Shown: positions 25,234 to 39,163 of the stretch, one piece after another
How the letters are laid out: the number at the start of each line of letters is the position of its first letter
How positions within the stretch are numbered: position 1 is the first letter of the stretch
DNA from: Octopus vulgaris
Taxonomy: Eukaryota
DNA: 64,000 bases
Assembly (NCBI GenBank): GCA_951406725.2
Contig: OX597821.1
Location: forward strand, 68,820,001 to 68,884,000
Direction: 5' to 3'
The notes under the pieces: model-generated
Told to the model about the DNA's origin: nothing
Database searches by the model: none
The model's input: the letters and a program-made list of their open reading frames with translations, nothing else
Position numbers and translations under genes: made by a program

Positions 25234-26589
25234 ATCAGATCCTGAAGTGAAAAAACGAAAAAAGAGAAAACTTTAGATAAGCAATTCATGTGAAACTCGT
25301 TTAAAATATGTAATTAAATTATTTACCGAATATTTGCTTCCACATGAGAGCAATGATGGTTTTCTCAAAATGATCGATATAAGTTTCAACAAATAATCGG
25401 TTTGTACATAAAACAGTTTATGTAACAGGAGCAAAATGATACACTCGATTATATGATGGAGGTAACAAATCTATTTTTACAACACTGTCCTAAAAATGTT
25501 TTTTGTTAAAGCAATTCAAGGCAAATTTTGTCATCACCATGTGTGCATGATTCGATACTTATGTTTAACAGCAAAAAAAAGATCAACCTAAAACCTCTGC
25601 TTGCACATCGTATTCAATAGCAGGAAGATATTAAACAATACACTTTATACGTCATAATAAACATATCATCAGATTAAAAAAGAATATTTTCACAATACAC
25701 TGATCAGATCACTTGAAATTAATTACACATGAAGAAAAAAAAAAATTCTGAAATTCAACAGACGTTAATGTTTTACTCCCAGAATTCAGTTAGAATTAAG
25801 AGAAATGTTATGAAAACAACGTTACAAGCAACAGACATCAATTTCTTCCTACTGGCAATTTAAGATATAAAGTGAAATATTGGACAGAATAGTGATTCTA
25901 TATTCTCTGAAATGGGTGTAACATCATCTTATCACTTCCATCTTATTTTTAATCTTAACTAGCATAGCTCACATTTCAACTAAGATTGGTTAAACGAGAT
26001 AAGTTCATAAACCCTGATAAAAACATAACCCTGCTATCTACAATGAATCCACAAGTAGAAGACATTTCAATGCCCAATTCCCTACTCGAGGGTTGTTTAT
26101 ACTGAATTGTTTCAGTAAGCAGAGACGCAATTTTAAATGGATAAATACGCAATAATTATAGCAAGCATTTACAAAGATAAATACTAATTGGTAACACAGA
26201 AATATAACAAATTAGTGCGACCGGCACTGCAGTGGCTGAAATAATATTCGTCACGATGGAAATATAATAATAATAATAATGATGATGATAATAATAATAA
26301 TGTTTGTTAGATTGACTTAACAGTACATTTAATGATTTTTTGATCGTCTCGTTAAAGGCAAACCCAGAAAATACAAAGATATTTAACAAAAGTCGAGTTA
26401 AAAACCAAGAACAGTGCCCGCCAACAACGAGCAATCCTCGCGAAACAGTGATTCATCTCTACGAAGAGAAGCTCAAAAAGGACAATCGTAGACAGAAGTC
26501 TTGTGAGATTATAATGGCACTTACAGAAAGTCATTTGCAAACATTATTATGCGATAAAAAATAAACTTCTAAAATCACTTGACTTCAAA

Positions 26590-27790
26590 CAAATCACGTG
26601 TAAAGTGCGTAGATAATTTCTGAATGGTAAGAATTCAACAGATTTTGGCAAAATTCTCTGAAGAGCATCCGGCCATCTTAAACGATGTCGTTTGCTGTGA
26701 AAGCAGAGGGGAGGCTGAGAATTAGAGACAAATACTACATTTCATGAATAGATTAACAAAATTTTAAGATTGGTAAATAATTATACATGCTTACCGAGGT
26801 AACTAGAATGCCTTAAAATATTGGAGATAGAGCGAAATAGCTTTAGAATTTCTGCTACTCAGGAGACACAAAACACAAAGGTAAAAGTATAGAATAAGAG
26901 AATCTTACTAAGGAAATAAGATCTACCTGCCGTAACTATTACGCATGCGTAAGTGCGGTATGATTGTCTCTTGATTTTAATTCAATTAACTTAAAATAAT
27001 TTTAATAATTCCTTTCAAAATATTATGTTGATATTTTAAAATATATTTTATATTTCTAAAAAGATTAGTTTTGAAAAAGAAAAAAATGCCAATATTTCAT
27101 TGGTGGCGAGATTATCATTTTCCCGCCAAACATCACTTCCGTTTGTAAGAAAGAAATCTTCTCGTGTGAACTCTATTGATTTCTCTTTCTATTCAACATC
27201 CCGGGCTCCTTGTTGCCCCCCAACACGGTAAGAAATATATCAAACTTCTTTGTCTAGGTCGATAAATTTGAATTAGAACTATACAAAATATATGAGGTCA
27301 AAGGTTACCGAAAACAACGATACCAAATAATCATAGGAACGGCGGTTTCGGTTTATAAATATTGTGGTAATCCTTCTGTAGGCAGTTCTTTGTGATGTTT
27401 TGTTAGAATGGAGATTTCGTTACAAATGATTTCCGCACACATACACACACCAAAGAGAGGCATATATATGTACACATATAATATACACATGCACACATGT
27501 ATTGGCACGTTTGTATATGTGTATGTACGTGTTGTGATTATTTATTTATGTTTGTAAGAAAAGGGTAGTATATAACATGTCATAGCACATGACAAGTGGG
27601 ATCATGCTAGTTGCCTTACTACGGATGGGTTTTTGTTTTTTTTCACTTCTGTTTACCAATTTTAAAATGCACAAGCCTTAAAATCTTCTTTACAGCGTCT
27701 GTTTCCCTATTGCGAAAACCATCGCCTACCTATCTTTATAGTTAATGACAGGACTGTTAAGGTAGTCCGATACCAGAAATTTATCGATAT
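26590..27790. promoter_or_regulatory. Probable bidirectional promoter for CSNK2B (-) and POLE3 (+)
   Basis: Lies in a SINE-free stretch that looks relatively CpG-retaining. E-box CACGTG 26595-26600; YY1-like GGCCATCTT 26671-26679; NRF1-like palindrome TACGCATGCGTA 26940-26951; E2F TTTCCCGC 27119-27126; ETS ACTTCCG 27135-27141; DRE TATCGATA 27782-27789. Outward-facing candidate first-exon donors at 26795/26794 (-) and 27227/27228 (+). Confidence 0.65.
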
Positions 27791-30700
27791 TCTTGCTCAC
27801 ACCAATAATTTCGTTGGAATGGCTGTGCAGTGGATAGAAACTGTCGATAATTGCAATTCGTTATTAGATTAGATAGGAATCGTCTCACAGAAGCAAATAC
27901 TTCAATACGAAAAAAAAAAATGAATAAATAAAATAGCAAACGAAATCAGATTACAATACAAGTATTATTTAAGTGTTTTAACACATTTAAAATATTTGGT
28001 AAAAAATGTTGTTTAGTATAGAGTGAAATATTATTGCTTTGAGTTCTAAGACAGAGATTTGCTGGCTATCTTTAGCAGGCAAGATATCCACATCAAACTG
28101 CATGTTGTCTTAATCTTAGTACCATAAGAAGACTCCTTAACTTTTTAAATGGAATGTTTCATATGTGCTAGACATTAATTTATTAAAATATTCACTGATT
28201 AAACGGATTTAGTCGTTGCATTGTATCGCTCAGAAGATTATAGTAGATTATGGTGCCTCTATTATAAACTAAAGCATGCAAGACGCAGAGTTTATAATCT
28301 AACGCTACTCGCTGCTTCGTATGAGTAATATAAGAGTCATAGAATTTTCATTACTTTGTACTGTTAACCGATTCTATGGCGCCCTATTTATTGATAGGCT
28401 TGTCTTCAACTGAAATTAGTACCCATTTCTGTGTGTTTTATTGTTTTACTAACGATTTGAAATTTACTGAAGGCGAAATAATTGTCACTACTATAACTGT
28501 TACACCAGTTACAAACACATTCATTAATACCCTTACTTTGGATAGTCTTCTGTACACACACAAAAAACAAAAAAACCCGACTTCTACACCTACTTCCAAT
28601 ATTTTCTCTCTCCCCCTCTTTCTTTAATGTGTTTTGTGTTCGTGTGACTGTTTCTCAGCGCTGCCTCTCTTTATCCAGCTGCCCCGTTTATTATAATAGA
28701 AATATATAATCTATTGCCGTGGTTGATATGACACAACATTAAAAAGCAAAAGAATGGGGGGTGCAGCTGTTTGGAGAGTGTCTTCGTAAATATTACATTT
28801 TACTTACGAAACACTTGGGTATTTTAGTTTGTGCTTAAGTTTATAGTGGTACACGGTGTATTCTGTTATGGTCCTAGCTCTTGATTTCATACATAGCTGG
28901 GGCTTTAGAGTAGCTTAAAACAGACCGTTGTTATTGTACTAATTGTACAAGAAGGTTAACATTTAGAGTTTGTTGGCAAAATACAGTGAACGTAGTTTAC
29001 ATAAAAATAATCAGGTAACGATGGATACTATTTATGATAATCAGCAGAATATATAAGGTGTAGCTTAGACAATAGAAGAGTGTTATCTAGCTAAAGCTAA
29101 GCATGATTTATAAATGTAAAATCATGACTCATAAGGTAGAAGGTGTTTAGCCTCTTATTGAGCAGATGAAATTAATCTCCTCTATGAAAAGACACCAATC
29201 AGTCCTGGACAGATTTGTTAAAGTTGACCTTTTAAAAGAAAACTTCACAGCTTGTTTAACTGATCCCTTAGGGCAAAACATAGCACTGTCAAAGTTAGCT
29301 GATCCACATTTGATATATCTGGAATTAGAATCCAGTAGACTGGATCCAATCAGGTTAATGAATTCCTCATGTTTTAAATAGGTATGATTTATATCCCTCT
29401 GTATTTGTTTACAATCCCTCTCTCATTCACCATGTTTTCACCTCTTTGGCAAGACACCTATTCCTCTGTCATACTTTAGGGGGTGTTATGAGTACTTGGT
29501 GATTTCACTATTGTCAGCACTGTGAAAAAAGCACCCATGGGCCCTCTGAGGTAGTTGGCATTCAGCTGTTGAAACCATGCCAAAGCAGATACTGGAGCTT
29601 ATTGCATCCCTGTGGCATCTTGGTTTCTCCCAGACCATCCAACCTATGCCAGCATGGTAAAAGTATTAAATGATGATAATGATATACATAACATAGATAA
29701 GTGGTTAACAAGTTTAATCTACAATTATGAGGTCTTGGTTCAATCCCATTGCATGGCACCTTGAACAAATATCTTTTACTATAGGTTTGGGTCAACCCAA
29801 TCTTTGAATGACATTGGAGGGAAACTGTTGACATCCATCAGATAAATAGCATCTGTAACTCAAAGGTCCAGCCTTTTCACATAGTTATACTGATTCTACT
29901 TGGGAATTACGTTAAGAGCACCTGTCCCCCTGGAATACTCAACCATTTGCATGTTAATTCAATGGGTAGACAGTTCCAGGTAATTAAATGACAAACCAAC
30001 AAAGGATCCACTGTCATAATTATTGTCTTGTACTACTGAGTAAAATGAAAGCTTTTTGAATACAGTCTCCTACCAGCTTTGTGTGATTTCAAAACTGATG
30101 GTAGATTCCTCAACCATCTGTTTAGCTTATGAAGTAGCATGGTAACTTTCAACAATGTCTTCAGTAATTTATGATCAGTATCCCAGCATATGAACCTCAA
30201 AATCATTATCTCTGTAACAGATGTGATGGATTAACTCGGTTTAAAACTGGTTTTGTCAGAACAATAGATGACATCATCCTCATCAATATCATTGCTTTAA
30301 TGTTCACTTTTCTATGCTTTATGGGTCTGATGGTGTTTGTTGAGACAGACTTTCCATGGTTGGGTGCCCTTCCTGTTTCCAAGCAAGGTAATATTTTCTG
30401 TTATCACAGAGTATTGGAAATGATTGACACTGCTTGTATAATATCGCTCATTTACAACTATCAATATCAAGACAAAATGTGTGAAACACACACATTCATA
30501 TATATATATACACACAAACACACAGGCGCAAGTAATATACACAGCTAGCCTCTTTGTTTCCATCTAAGAAATCCACTTATGAGGTTTTTGGTTGGTCCAG
30601 GTCTATAAAACACTTGTCCAAGGCGCCAGGCAGTGGGACTGAACCCAAGATCATGTGGTTGTGAAACATTTTTTTGAACCATGCAGCCACACCTGCACTT

Positions 30701-32922
30701 TTATATGATAGTTTGTGTGTTATATGCACTAAACAAATATAACTGCTTAAGTTGTACATTATTTGATAATAATCATTTCCCTTTATTTTACACATTGCTG
30801 ATGTCATCATCCCATATGTTGCCATCACTTGCAAGCATTCATGTCAACTTCTGGCACCTACGTGTGTCTTAAACTGATCAACAGGTCTCTTGTGTACAAG
30901 TTCCTTCACTGTTTACATTCATTACTTAAAACCCTTTTAATACCAACCTGTCAAAGACCACTTCTGGTTCCAGGAAAGAAAACTCTTATTTTTAAAATCT
31001 TCCTGTTTTAAGTAATAGCTCTGTTTTCTTAAAGCAATATTCCAAAATACTAACCTTATAACCAACATGTTTGTCACTTTGTGATATTCCTACTAATAGC
31101 TGCTTATTTTCAAATTCAATTGTAAAGTGTCATCAGTGATTGTGTTAGAAATAAGGACATGAAAGAATCTAATGTCTACAATTTATTCTACTTGTTCCTG
31201 TTGACATCTATGGCTGTTTCTGTTGACATTCAACTTGTTCCCATTGACATCTATGGCAATTTGACAAAAAGTTTGCTTTGTATCTATGAAGTTCCAGGTT
31301 GAAAAATCTTACTGCTTGGTCTCTTGGCCAAGTAGGTTTTTTTTTTTTTTACTGTAGTCTCAGATCATCTGGCATCTTATGTGGGAAATTTGATGTCTAA
31401 GAAATTGTGCATATGTCAATTATATTTGTCTGTATGTATTAGTGTTCAGTGATGCAAACAAATTTGAATAGATATACCTTGTAGTATTAAGTATTGCCTC
31501 CCCTTCATCTGGTTGACTCAACTTTTGTCCTCTTCAAAAGTTGATAAATAAAACATCAACATACTGAAGTTGACATAGTCTTCTAAAAACCTCAAAGGTG
31601 TTACCAGTATGGTTACATTGCATTAATTGAAATCTGTAAAAGAAAGATTTTTTAAAAACAGGTTAACTATTAAATATTTCCAATTATCCAAAACTAGTCT
31701 TCAGTTTTTTGTTGATCACAATATGGTGCACTTATTGTACGCACTATATGCATTTACTGTGCACACACGGGTTGTAATACTTGCACATAAATTAAGTCCC
31801 AACATGTATCTTTCTTGTGTGTTATACTTTGCCATTTTCTCAGTGTCCCTGTTGTCAATTAGTTAATCAGTTAATCCCTAGCTTCATTTATTAGGTCTAG
31901 TAATATTTATACATTTAATTTATTTTCAAAGTCCTTCATACACTTATTACTTTCGTCACTGAGGCTATTTCTCTAATTCTCATATATCGTTTCATGCAGG
32001 ACTGCCAAGTATATAACATTTTTATACAAACACTTCATTTGTGGAGTAGATTTGTTATTACTTTTGAAAGTGGTAGATTGGCAAAATCAGAAAGCATCAG
32101 GAAAATGCTGTAGGTTATTTGTTCTGGCTCTTTGCATTCTGTGTTCAGATCCTACCAAGGTCAGCTTTGCCTTTAATTCTTTCAGGGTCAGTAAAATAAA
32201 GTTACAGTTAAGTACTGGGCCAGTCATCATTTAATGTCTCCTTTTCCTTGATGACATGAGTGGGACAGTTCAACAGGAACCAACCAGCCAGATGACTGTG
32301 CTCAGTTTCAATGCCTGCTCTTCCTAATGCTAACCACTTTACAATGTACTGGGCGCTATTTCCATAGCACTGGCACTGTCACCAAGTACTCACCTCAACT
32401 AAATGAAATATAGTTCTGAAGGCGGGAACATATTTTTACTTTTTTCAATATCAGACCCCGATGTTATCAGTTAATCTCTTCCCACTAAATTGCGGGTCTT
32501 GTATCAAAATTAGCAGTTATTATTGATGGTTGTGGAATATTTAATAAATGTAGTCACACAATAGTTCAAATTTTCTAACCAATGTATTGGTACTCCTCAA
32601 CAAGGTGCTTATTTCACTCACTATGAACCTCTTTATGCTTAATAGTACAGCAGTAAAAATATAGTATTGTTCCAAAAATAAAAACTATTATCGTCAGCTT
32701 TCTTCATTATTCCTATCTAGTAGGAGTATTAAGTCTTGTTATCTATGCCCTCTACATTATTTAGGTTTTGGTGTACTCCGGTCAGTTGGTTTACCGTGAC
32801 CCTTTATAAATTTCTATTGCATAATGTAATTTGTACCTACCTTGTAGGTATATATAGATGTATATGGTTGGCATATTTGTAGACAACTCATTTGCAATGT
32901 ATAAATATTAAAAATAGTATCT

Positions 32923-32994
32923 TTGCAGGATGTGCTTTTGATCTATGAACATCTGGGTTATGGGCCCAGCATGCTTTCACTGTGCCACTCTGCT
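32923..32994 (-). pseudogene. Decayed initiator tRNA-Met (anticodon CAT) copy
   Basis: Reverse complement AGCAGAGTGGCACAGTGAAAGCATGCTGGGCCCATAACCCAGATGTTCATAGATCAAAAGCACATCCTGCAA is colinear over 72 nt with metazoan tRNA-iMet. Anticodon arm intact; T arm and acceptor stem disrupted. Confidence 0.88.
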
Positions 32995-33493
32995 CAGCGG
33001 ATACTTTAGCAAATACACGATGTATTACTTTTATTGTCTGTTCTGAGTTACATTACTTCTATGGCATCATTTCATCATATGATATTTTTATTTCTATACT
33101 TGGACTCTGTCAAATGTATGAAATATAGTAATTACATAATACCTGTTGAAGCACTGGAATGTTAATTTAATTACAGAAAGGTGACATTACATTCTGTTGA
33201 TATTCCAAGAGTTAGGCATTTCACAAACTGCATGCATTGATCTATGCATTGCAAATTTTTTCTTGGTGTCCCTTCATTTGCCATTTTCAGGTCAACCAGA
33301 AGCAAACTACCTCCATAAATGTTCCCCCAGCACTTGCTTAGCAAGTGGGCTGTTCTTTTATTAAACTACTCTATTATATTAAGTCATTTCAGCTCCTAGG
33401 AATCTGTAGCCTTATTTCTCTATCTTGTGTCCTATACACAATGCTAATATGCAGTTTATGTTTGCAGGTAAACAATTGATGCCCTAGTGTACA

Positions 33494-33559
33494 ATGGCAG
33501 AGCGACCTGAAGATCTAAATTTGCCAAATGCTGTTATTACAAGAATTATCAAGGAAGCC
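33494..33559 (+). CDS. POLE3: DNA polymerase epsilon subunit 3 / CHRAC17, coding exon 1 ([22 protein letters not shown])
   Basis: Matches the known POLE3 N-terminus. Acceptor TTTGCAG at 33461-33467, GTGAG donor at 33560. Confidence 0.97.
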
Positions 33560-34024
33560 GTGAGTTATTCATTACTTAACATTTTCATGTGATGCTTATT
33601 TCATTTTATACAATTATATTTTATGCCCTTCTCCAATCATCCAGTTTCACAATAATAATATAAAAAAATAGGATTTGAATTTTGAGTCAGGGATTGTGTA
33701 GTAATTTTTCATTAATACTTAATGAAATGGATGTGGTGAAAAGCTTGCTTCCCAACAACAAGGTTCTGGGTTCAGTACCACAGCATGGCACCTTGTGCAA
33801 GTGTCTTCTAATGTAGCTTTGGGCTGACCAAAGCCTTGTGAGTGGATTTGGTAGATGGAAACTGAAAGAAGCCTGTCGTGTATGTATATATATCATCATC
33901 GTTTAATGTCCATTTTCCATGCTGGTCTGGAAAGCCAGCGACTGCACCAGGCTCCAATCTGATCTGGCAATGTTTCTACAGCTGGATGCCCTTCCTAATG
34001 CCAACCACTCCAAGAATGTGGTTG

Positions 34025-34270
34025 GTGTTTTTTATGTGCCACTGGCACGGGAGCCAGTCAGGTGACCCTGGCATCACGTTTGGATAGTGCTTTTTACATA
34101 CCACCAGCACAAGAGCCAGTCAGAGGGCACTAGCATCGACCACATTCGGGTGCTGCTTTTTACATACTACCAGCACAAGAGCCAGTCAGGGGGCACTGGC
34201 ATTGACCACATTTGGATGGTACATTTTACGTGCCACCGGCACGGGAGCCAGTCAGGGGGCACAGGCCACA
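34025..34270 (-). repeat. ~60-bp tandem units (about 4 copies) inside the RTE 3'UTR
   Basis: Recurring CACxGGCAC.GGAGCCAGTCAGGxGGCACTGGCAT; similar arrays at about 37250-37540 and 57725-58010. Confidence 0.75.
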
Positions 34271-36660
34271 GCTACGATTTTGATTTTACTTGACTCAACG
34301 GGTGTTCGGAAGCGTATCATATCATCCATCGCATCAAGGGTACTTTTAAATGGGCCAGACGTGCAAAACTAGCATTGGCCATGGCTGCAATCTCACTTTA
34401 GTTGCTGGGTCTTCTCAATCATAGCATATCTCCAAAGGTCTCGGTCTGCTGTCATGGGCTTTGTGAGACCCAACGTTCGAAGGTCATGCTTCACCACCTT
34501 GTCTGATGTTTTCCTAAATCTACCTCTTCCACAGTTAGGGTGTGGCACTTCCTCACACAGCTGTCCTCATCCATATGTAACATATGACCATACCAGTGCC
34601 TTTGCGCATGCCTTTGTGTCTGTGTTTGTCCCCCACTACCACTTGACAACCAGTGTTGGTGTGTTAACATCCTTGTAACATAGCAATTCAGTAAAAGACC
34701 ACTAGAATAAGTACTTGGCTTTAAAAAAAAAAAGGTCCTGGTGTCCATTTGTTTGATGAAAACCTTTTGAGGCAGGGCTCCAACATGACCGCATTCAAAT
34801 GACTTAAGCAAAAGAATAAAATAATACCAAAGTTTACAGAAATACATACATTTCAATTAAAATCGGTTTTTTTTTTTAATGTATAAATACTATTTCTTGG
34901 TGTTAAAATGACTATTTCTTGGTAGCTGGTGCCATCTAAAACATTTCAATTTGCCCCTTGATCAGGCAATAAAATTCACTACATCTGTTTGTGTTTCTGG
35001 TCTCACTCCTAGCTGTCAGTCAATGCTGGATCCTGTTGACGTGGTCTGCTCGCTCCCAACACTCTTAGCTTCTCTGGACAATGATATGTTATAGCTTAGT
35101 ATTAAGAATCTTTTTTTTTATTTTTTGTTTCACTCATTAGACTGTGACCATGTTGGGACACTGCCTTGAAGTGTTTAGTCAAATAAATTGGCCCCAATAC
35201 TTATTTTGTTGGTATCTTTTTGCCAAACTGCTACGTTACAGTAGTGTAAACAAAACAACAACAGCTGTCAAGCGGTGGTGGGCAGGGGACAAACACAAAG
35301 TGCATATACACTCTGCAGGCTTCCATACAGTTTCAGTCTACCAAATTTATTCACAAGGCATTTGGTATTGCCTGAGACTATAGTAGACACTTGCCCTTGG
35401 TGCCATGTAGTAGGACTGAACCAGGAACTACTTGCTTGCAAAGTGAATTTCTTAACCACCCAACCACAAAATCTTTGAGGAAATCTGTAAAGAACTTAAA
35501 TTATTTTCGCCATTTACTGCTTGGGTGGATCTGGTTTGTTTATTGGAGCAATTGATTTTGACAGCATGGTATGTTGTTCCTACTGCTAGCCACTTAGAAC
35601 TGATGAAGGATCTTTTCTGCAGCTTATTGGTCTTCTAGAAATAGTAACCAGAGCTGTCTCTAGACATTCACTACTACCTTTTAAAAGGAAGGTCATATTG
35701 GATAATGTAGTATGAACTATACTATATCTGGAAATAAAGATGAGATGGTCGTGGTTGGAGTGCTTTCAGTCAGATCTAATCAATGAGTAATCAACTTCAT
35801 GGGAGTGAGTAGGTCTTGATGCCCGTGGCTGTAGAAGGGAATGCTGCCTGTGACAGATTAGCACAATCAATCGAGAGTTATGTACCCTTCTTCACAATCA
35901 CACTGCAGGAGTTCTTTTACTCTATTCAGTCACGTGACTGTGGCCATGCTGGAGCACTGCCGTTAGTCGAGCAAATTGACCCCCAGAACTTATTCTTTTT
36001 AAACCTAGTACTTATTCTATCGGTTTCTTTTGCCGAACCGCCAAGTTATGGGGACGTAAACACCAGCATCAGTTGTCAAGCAATGTTGTGGTGACAAACA
36101 CACACATACATATGTACGACGGGCTTATTTCCGTCTACCAAATCCACTCACAAGGCTTTGGTTGGCCTGAGGCTATAGTAGAAGACAACTTGCCCAAGGT
36201 GCCACACAGTGGGACTGAACCCGGAACCATGTGGTTGGTAAGCAAGCTACTTACCACACAGCATCTCCTACGCTGTTAATTTTTTTTCATTCATCATTTA
36301 ATGTCTGCCTTCCACACTGGCATGGGTTGGACTATATACTCCAAAATCTGATCTTGCGACCATTTGGTCCACAAGTCCAGTTGTTTACTCTCGAAGTTAT
36401 TGCATTTCGTTGAGACAGCTGTAGCCATGTAGTTAGGAAGTTTACATGATTCAGGTTTCATTTCTATTGCACTCCACATTTTGAGTGAAAACTGGGTTGT
36501 CAGAAATGATGTAGAAACTTCCAAACTGAAACTATACTATCACCTGGATTTAACATTTAAAAAATATATATAAGCATCGCCATTTTAGCACAAGATTTTC
36601 CTGTATTTTTGTTCTAGTTACTAATGAAACCAAAATAACAGTAGTGAAGTGTTTATTCTC

Positions 36661-37020
36661 TTTTACTCTTTTACTTGTTTCAGTCATTTGACTGCGGCCA
36701 TGCTGGAGCACCGCCTTTAGTCGAGCAATTCGACCCCAGGACTTATTCTTTGAAACCCCAGTACTTATTCTATCGGTCATTTTTTGCCGAACCGCTAAGT
36801 GACGGGGACGTAAACACAGACACACAAACATACACGCACACACATACATATATACGATGGGCTTCTTTCAGTTTCTGTCTACCAAATCCACTCACAAGGC
36901 ATTGGTCGACCCGGGGCTATAGCAGAAGACACTTCCCCAAGATGCCACGCAGTGGGACTGAACCCGGAACCATGTGGTTGGTTAGCAAGCTACTTACCAC
37001 ACAGCCACTCCTGCGCCTAT
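36661..37020 (-). mobile_element. Same SINE family, minus-strand copy
   Basis: Reverse complement of 23147-23562. Confidence 0.85.
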
Positions 37021-38542
37021 TCTGTTTATACAACACAATTTTTGTCTAGCTGCTGTGGTTGGTTGTGCTCAAAACATGGCATACTATCACATCATCATCA
37101 TCGTTTTACGTCCGCTTTCCATACTGGCATGGGTTGGATGGTTTGACTGAGGACTGGTGAGCCAGAAGCTGCACCAGGCTTAGTCTGATCTGGCAAAGTT
37201 TCTACAGCTTAATGCCCTTCCTAATGCCAACCACTCTGAGAGTGTAGTGGGTGCTTTTACATGCCATTAGCATGAGGGCCAGTCAGGCGGTACTGGCAAC
37301 AACCACACTCAAAAGCTGTTTTTACGTGCTACCTGCACAGGAGCCAGTCCGGTGGCACTGGCGATGACCACATTCAAATGTTTTTCACGTGCCAGTAAAG
37401 TGATGCTGACAACAATCATGCTCGAATGGTGCTTTTCACATGTCACTGGCACAGGAACCAAACCACGGTCCTGTCAACAGTCAGGTTCAGATGTGTTTTT
37501 AACATTCCACTCGCATGAGTGCCAATCAGGCGGTACTGTCAGTGATTTTGATTTGTTTACACTTGCCTCAGTAGGTCTTCGCAAGCAAAGTCCATTGTCC
37601 AATGAATGAAGAGTACTCATAAGTGGTCTGGTTACACCCTACATCAGGCAGTACTATCATCGACCAGCAATTTTGATTTGATTTCACTTGTCTCAATGTC
37701 GTCACAAGCAAGGTTTATTGTCCATGGTTATACAAAATATTAACAGAGTGTAGCAATATTACTCATTGGTTTGCCACATTTGAAATGCAGGCTAACATTA
37801 CATGTTGGTTGCACAAAATCCTAGTAACAGGATGCAGGAATGTTACTCTTTGATTTTGCTGTGGTTTGTCATTATTGAAACGCTGTTCTTTGGCTACCTT
37901 TCGTGGAGTCCACTCTGCCAGCATTTAGACTGTTGATCTGGTCTGAAGTTCCTAACTTGATTCTCTCACACACCTGCTTTTTTAATGTAGTGACCCATTC
38001 TACCACCAGTCTTGGAAGTATTTAATCAGGGCTGTGCCTACCTTGAATAAAATAGATTAAAAGCAACATTTTCCTCACATGGCAAAATATGCACCTAATT
38101 CAATAAAATTATGATTGTTAGTCTGATTACTATGCATAAAATGCAAACTATTTTATTATTTTGTAGATTAGGTAGGCATAATTCACCCCTGCTTTTCAAT
38201 CTCAGTATTTAAACTATACATAGTACTGCTGTGGTACACATACTGCATACACTTCTACAACACTATTTTCGTTACATGCTATAAAGGCAGAGGTAGGTCT
38301 GCCTTCAACTTAGTCGTGAACCGTGTTTCACTCTTTTTTTTTTGTGTTTTACTACATGAAGGTCACCAACTGCCTACTCGGAGTAATTACTGATGGCACG
38401 TGCCTGTATTTAATCCTCTATGCCGTGGAAATGGTAAATTTAGATCATAGTCCTTTAACATGTAAACCGTAAACTGGTCATAGCAAAAATTAGCAGTCAT
38501 ATTGAAATATCAAAGCTATGTGATCAACCATGATTAATTTAA

Positions 38543-38752
38543 CCCTTTAGTGTTCGCATTATTCTGCCAAAATTAATGCTTTTTTATCCACATTGTTTTG
38601 AACTAATCAGGCATTATCTTGTAGCTATGAGGTAGCTGTTAATTTTTAAAAGGACATTGTAGGGTCGGTGTGAGAGGCCAGATCTGGCCAGTTTGAACAT
38701 AAAACAGGCTGAATACTTTTGGCCGGATATGACTGGTTTAAATGCTAAAGGG
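38543..38752. mobile_element. ~210-bp TTAA-flanked piggyBac-type MITE family (best copy)
   Basis: TTAA|CCCTTTAG...CTAAAGGG|TTAA. Homologous copies at 5396-5616, 14776-14988 and 21074-21482. Confidence 0.82.
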
Positions 38753-38861
38753 TTAAAACAATCTAAATAGATAAACATATTTGATTGTAATCTCAATGCT
38801 GAAAGACTAACATTTGTTGGAGGTAATTTCATCTCTTTATTCCACTATATTCTTTTTTCAG

Positions 38862-38947
38862 ATACCTGATGGTGTAAATGTATCAAAAGAGGCTCGATTA
38901 GCCATTTCCAAAGCAGCCAGTGTTTTTGTTCTCTATGCTACATCTTG
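38862..38947 (+). CDS. POLE3: POLE3 coding exon 2 ([29 protein letters not shown])
   Basis: 86 nt, phase 0->2, histone-fold helix 2, canonical splice sites. Confidence 0.97.
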
Positions 38948-39044
38948 GTAAGCATTGTATCAGATGTTTGTCTTATTTGTTATTTATTTTCCCATTTCCA
39001 GCCCACTGCCTTATGAACCTGAAACTCTTTCTTTACTGTTTCAG

Positions 39045-39163
39045 TTCCAATAATTTTGCATTAAGGTCAAAGAGGAAAACCATCAATGCTCAGGATGTGT
39101 TGTCAGCCATGCAGGACATGGAGTTTGATCAGTTTTTAGACCCTTTGAAGTTATGTCTAGATT
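39045..39163 (+). CDS. POLE3: POLE3 coding exon 3 ([39 protein letters not shown])
   Basis: 119 nt, phase 2->1, after a 97-nt intron. KRKTI..DV histone-fold motif. Confidence 0.97.

Noticed and set aside
26340-26564. 74-aa plus-strand ORF near the promoter
   Set aside because: Non-ATG start, no recognisable homology, antisense within the probable first intron of CSNK2B.
33461-33473. TTTGCAG|GTAAAC as a recursive splice site
   Set aside because: Adequately explained as the ordinary acceptor of the ATG-containing exon; the donor match is weak and the intron is short.
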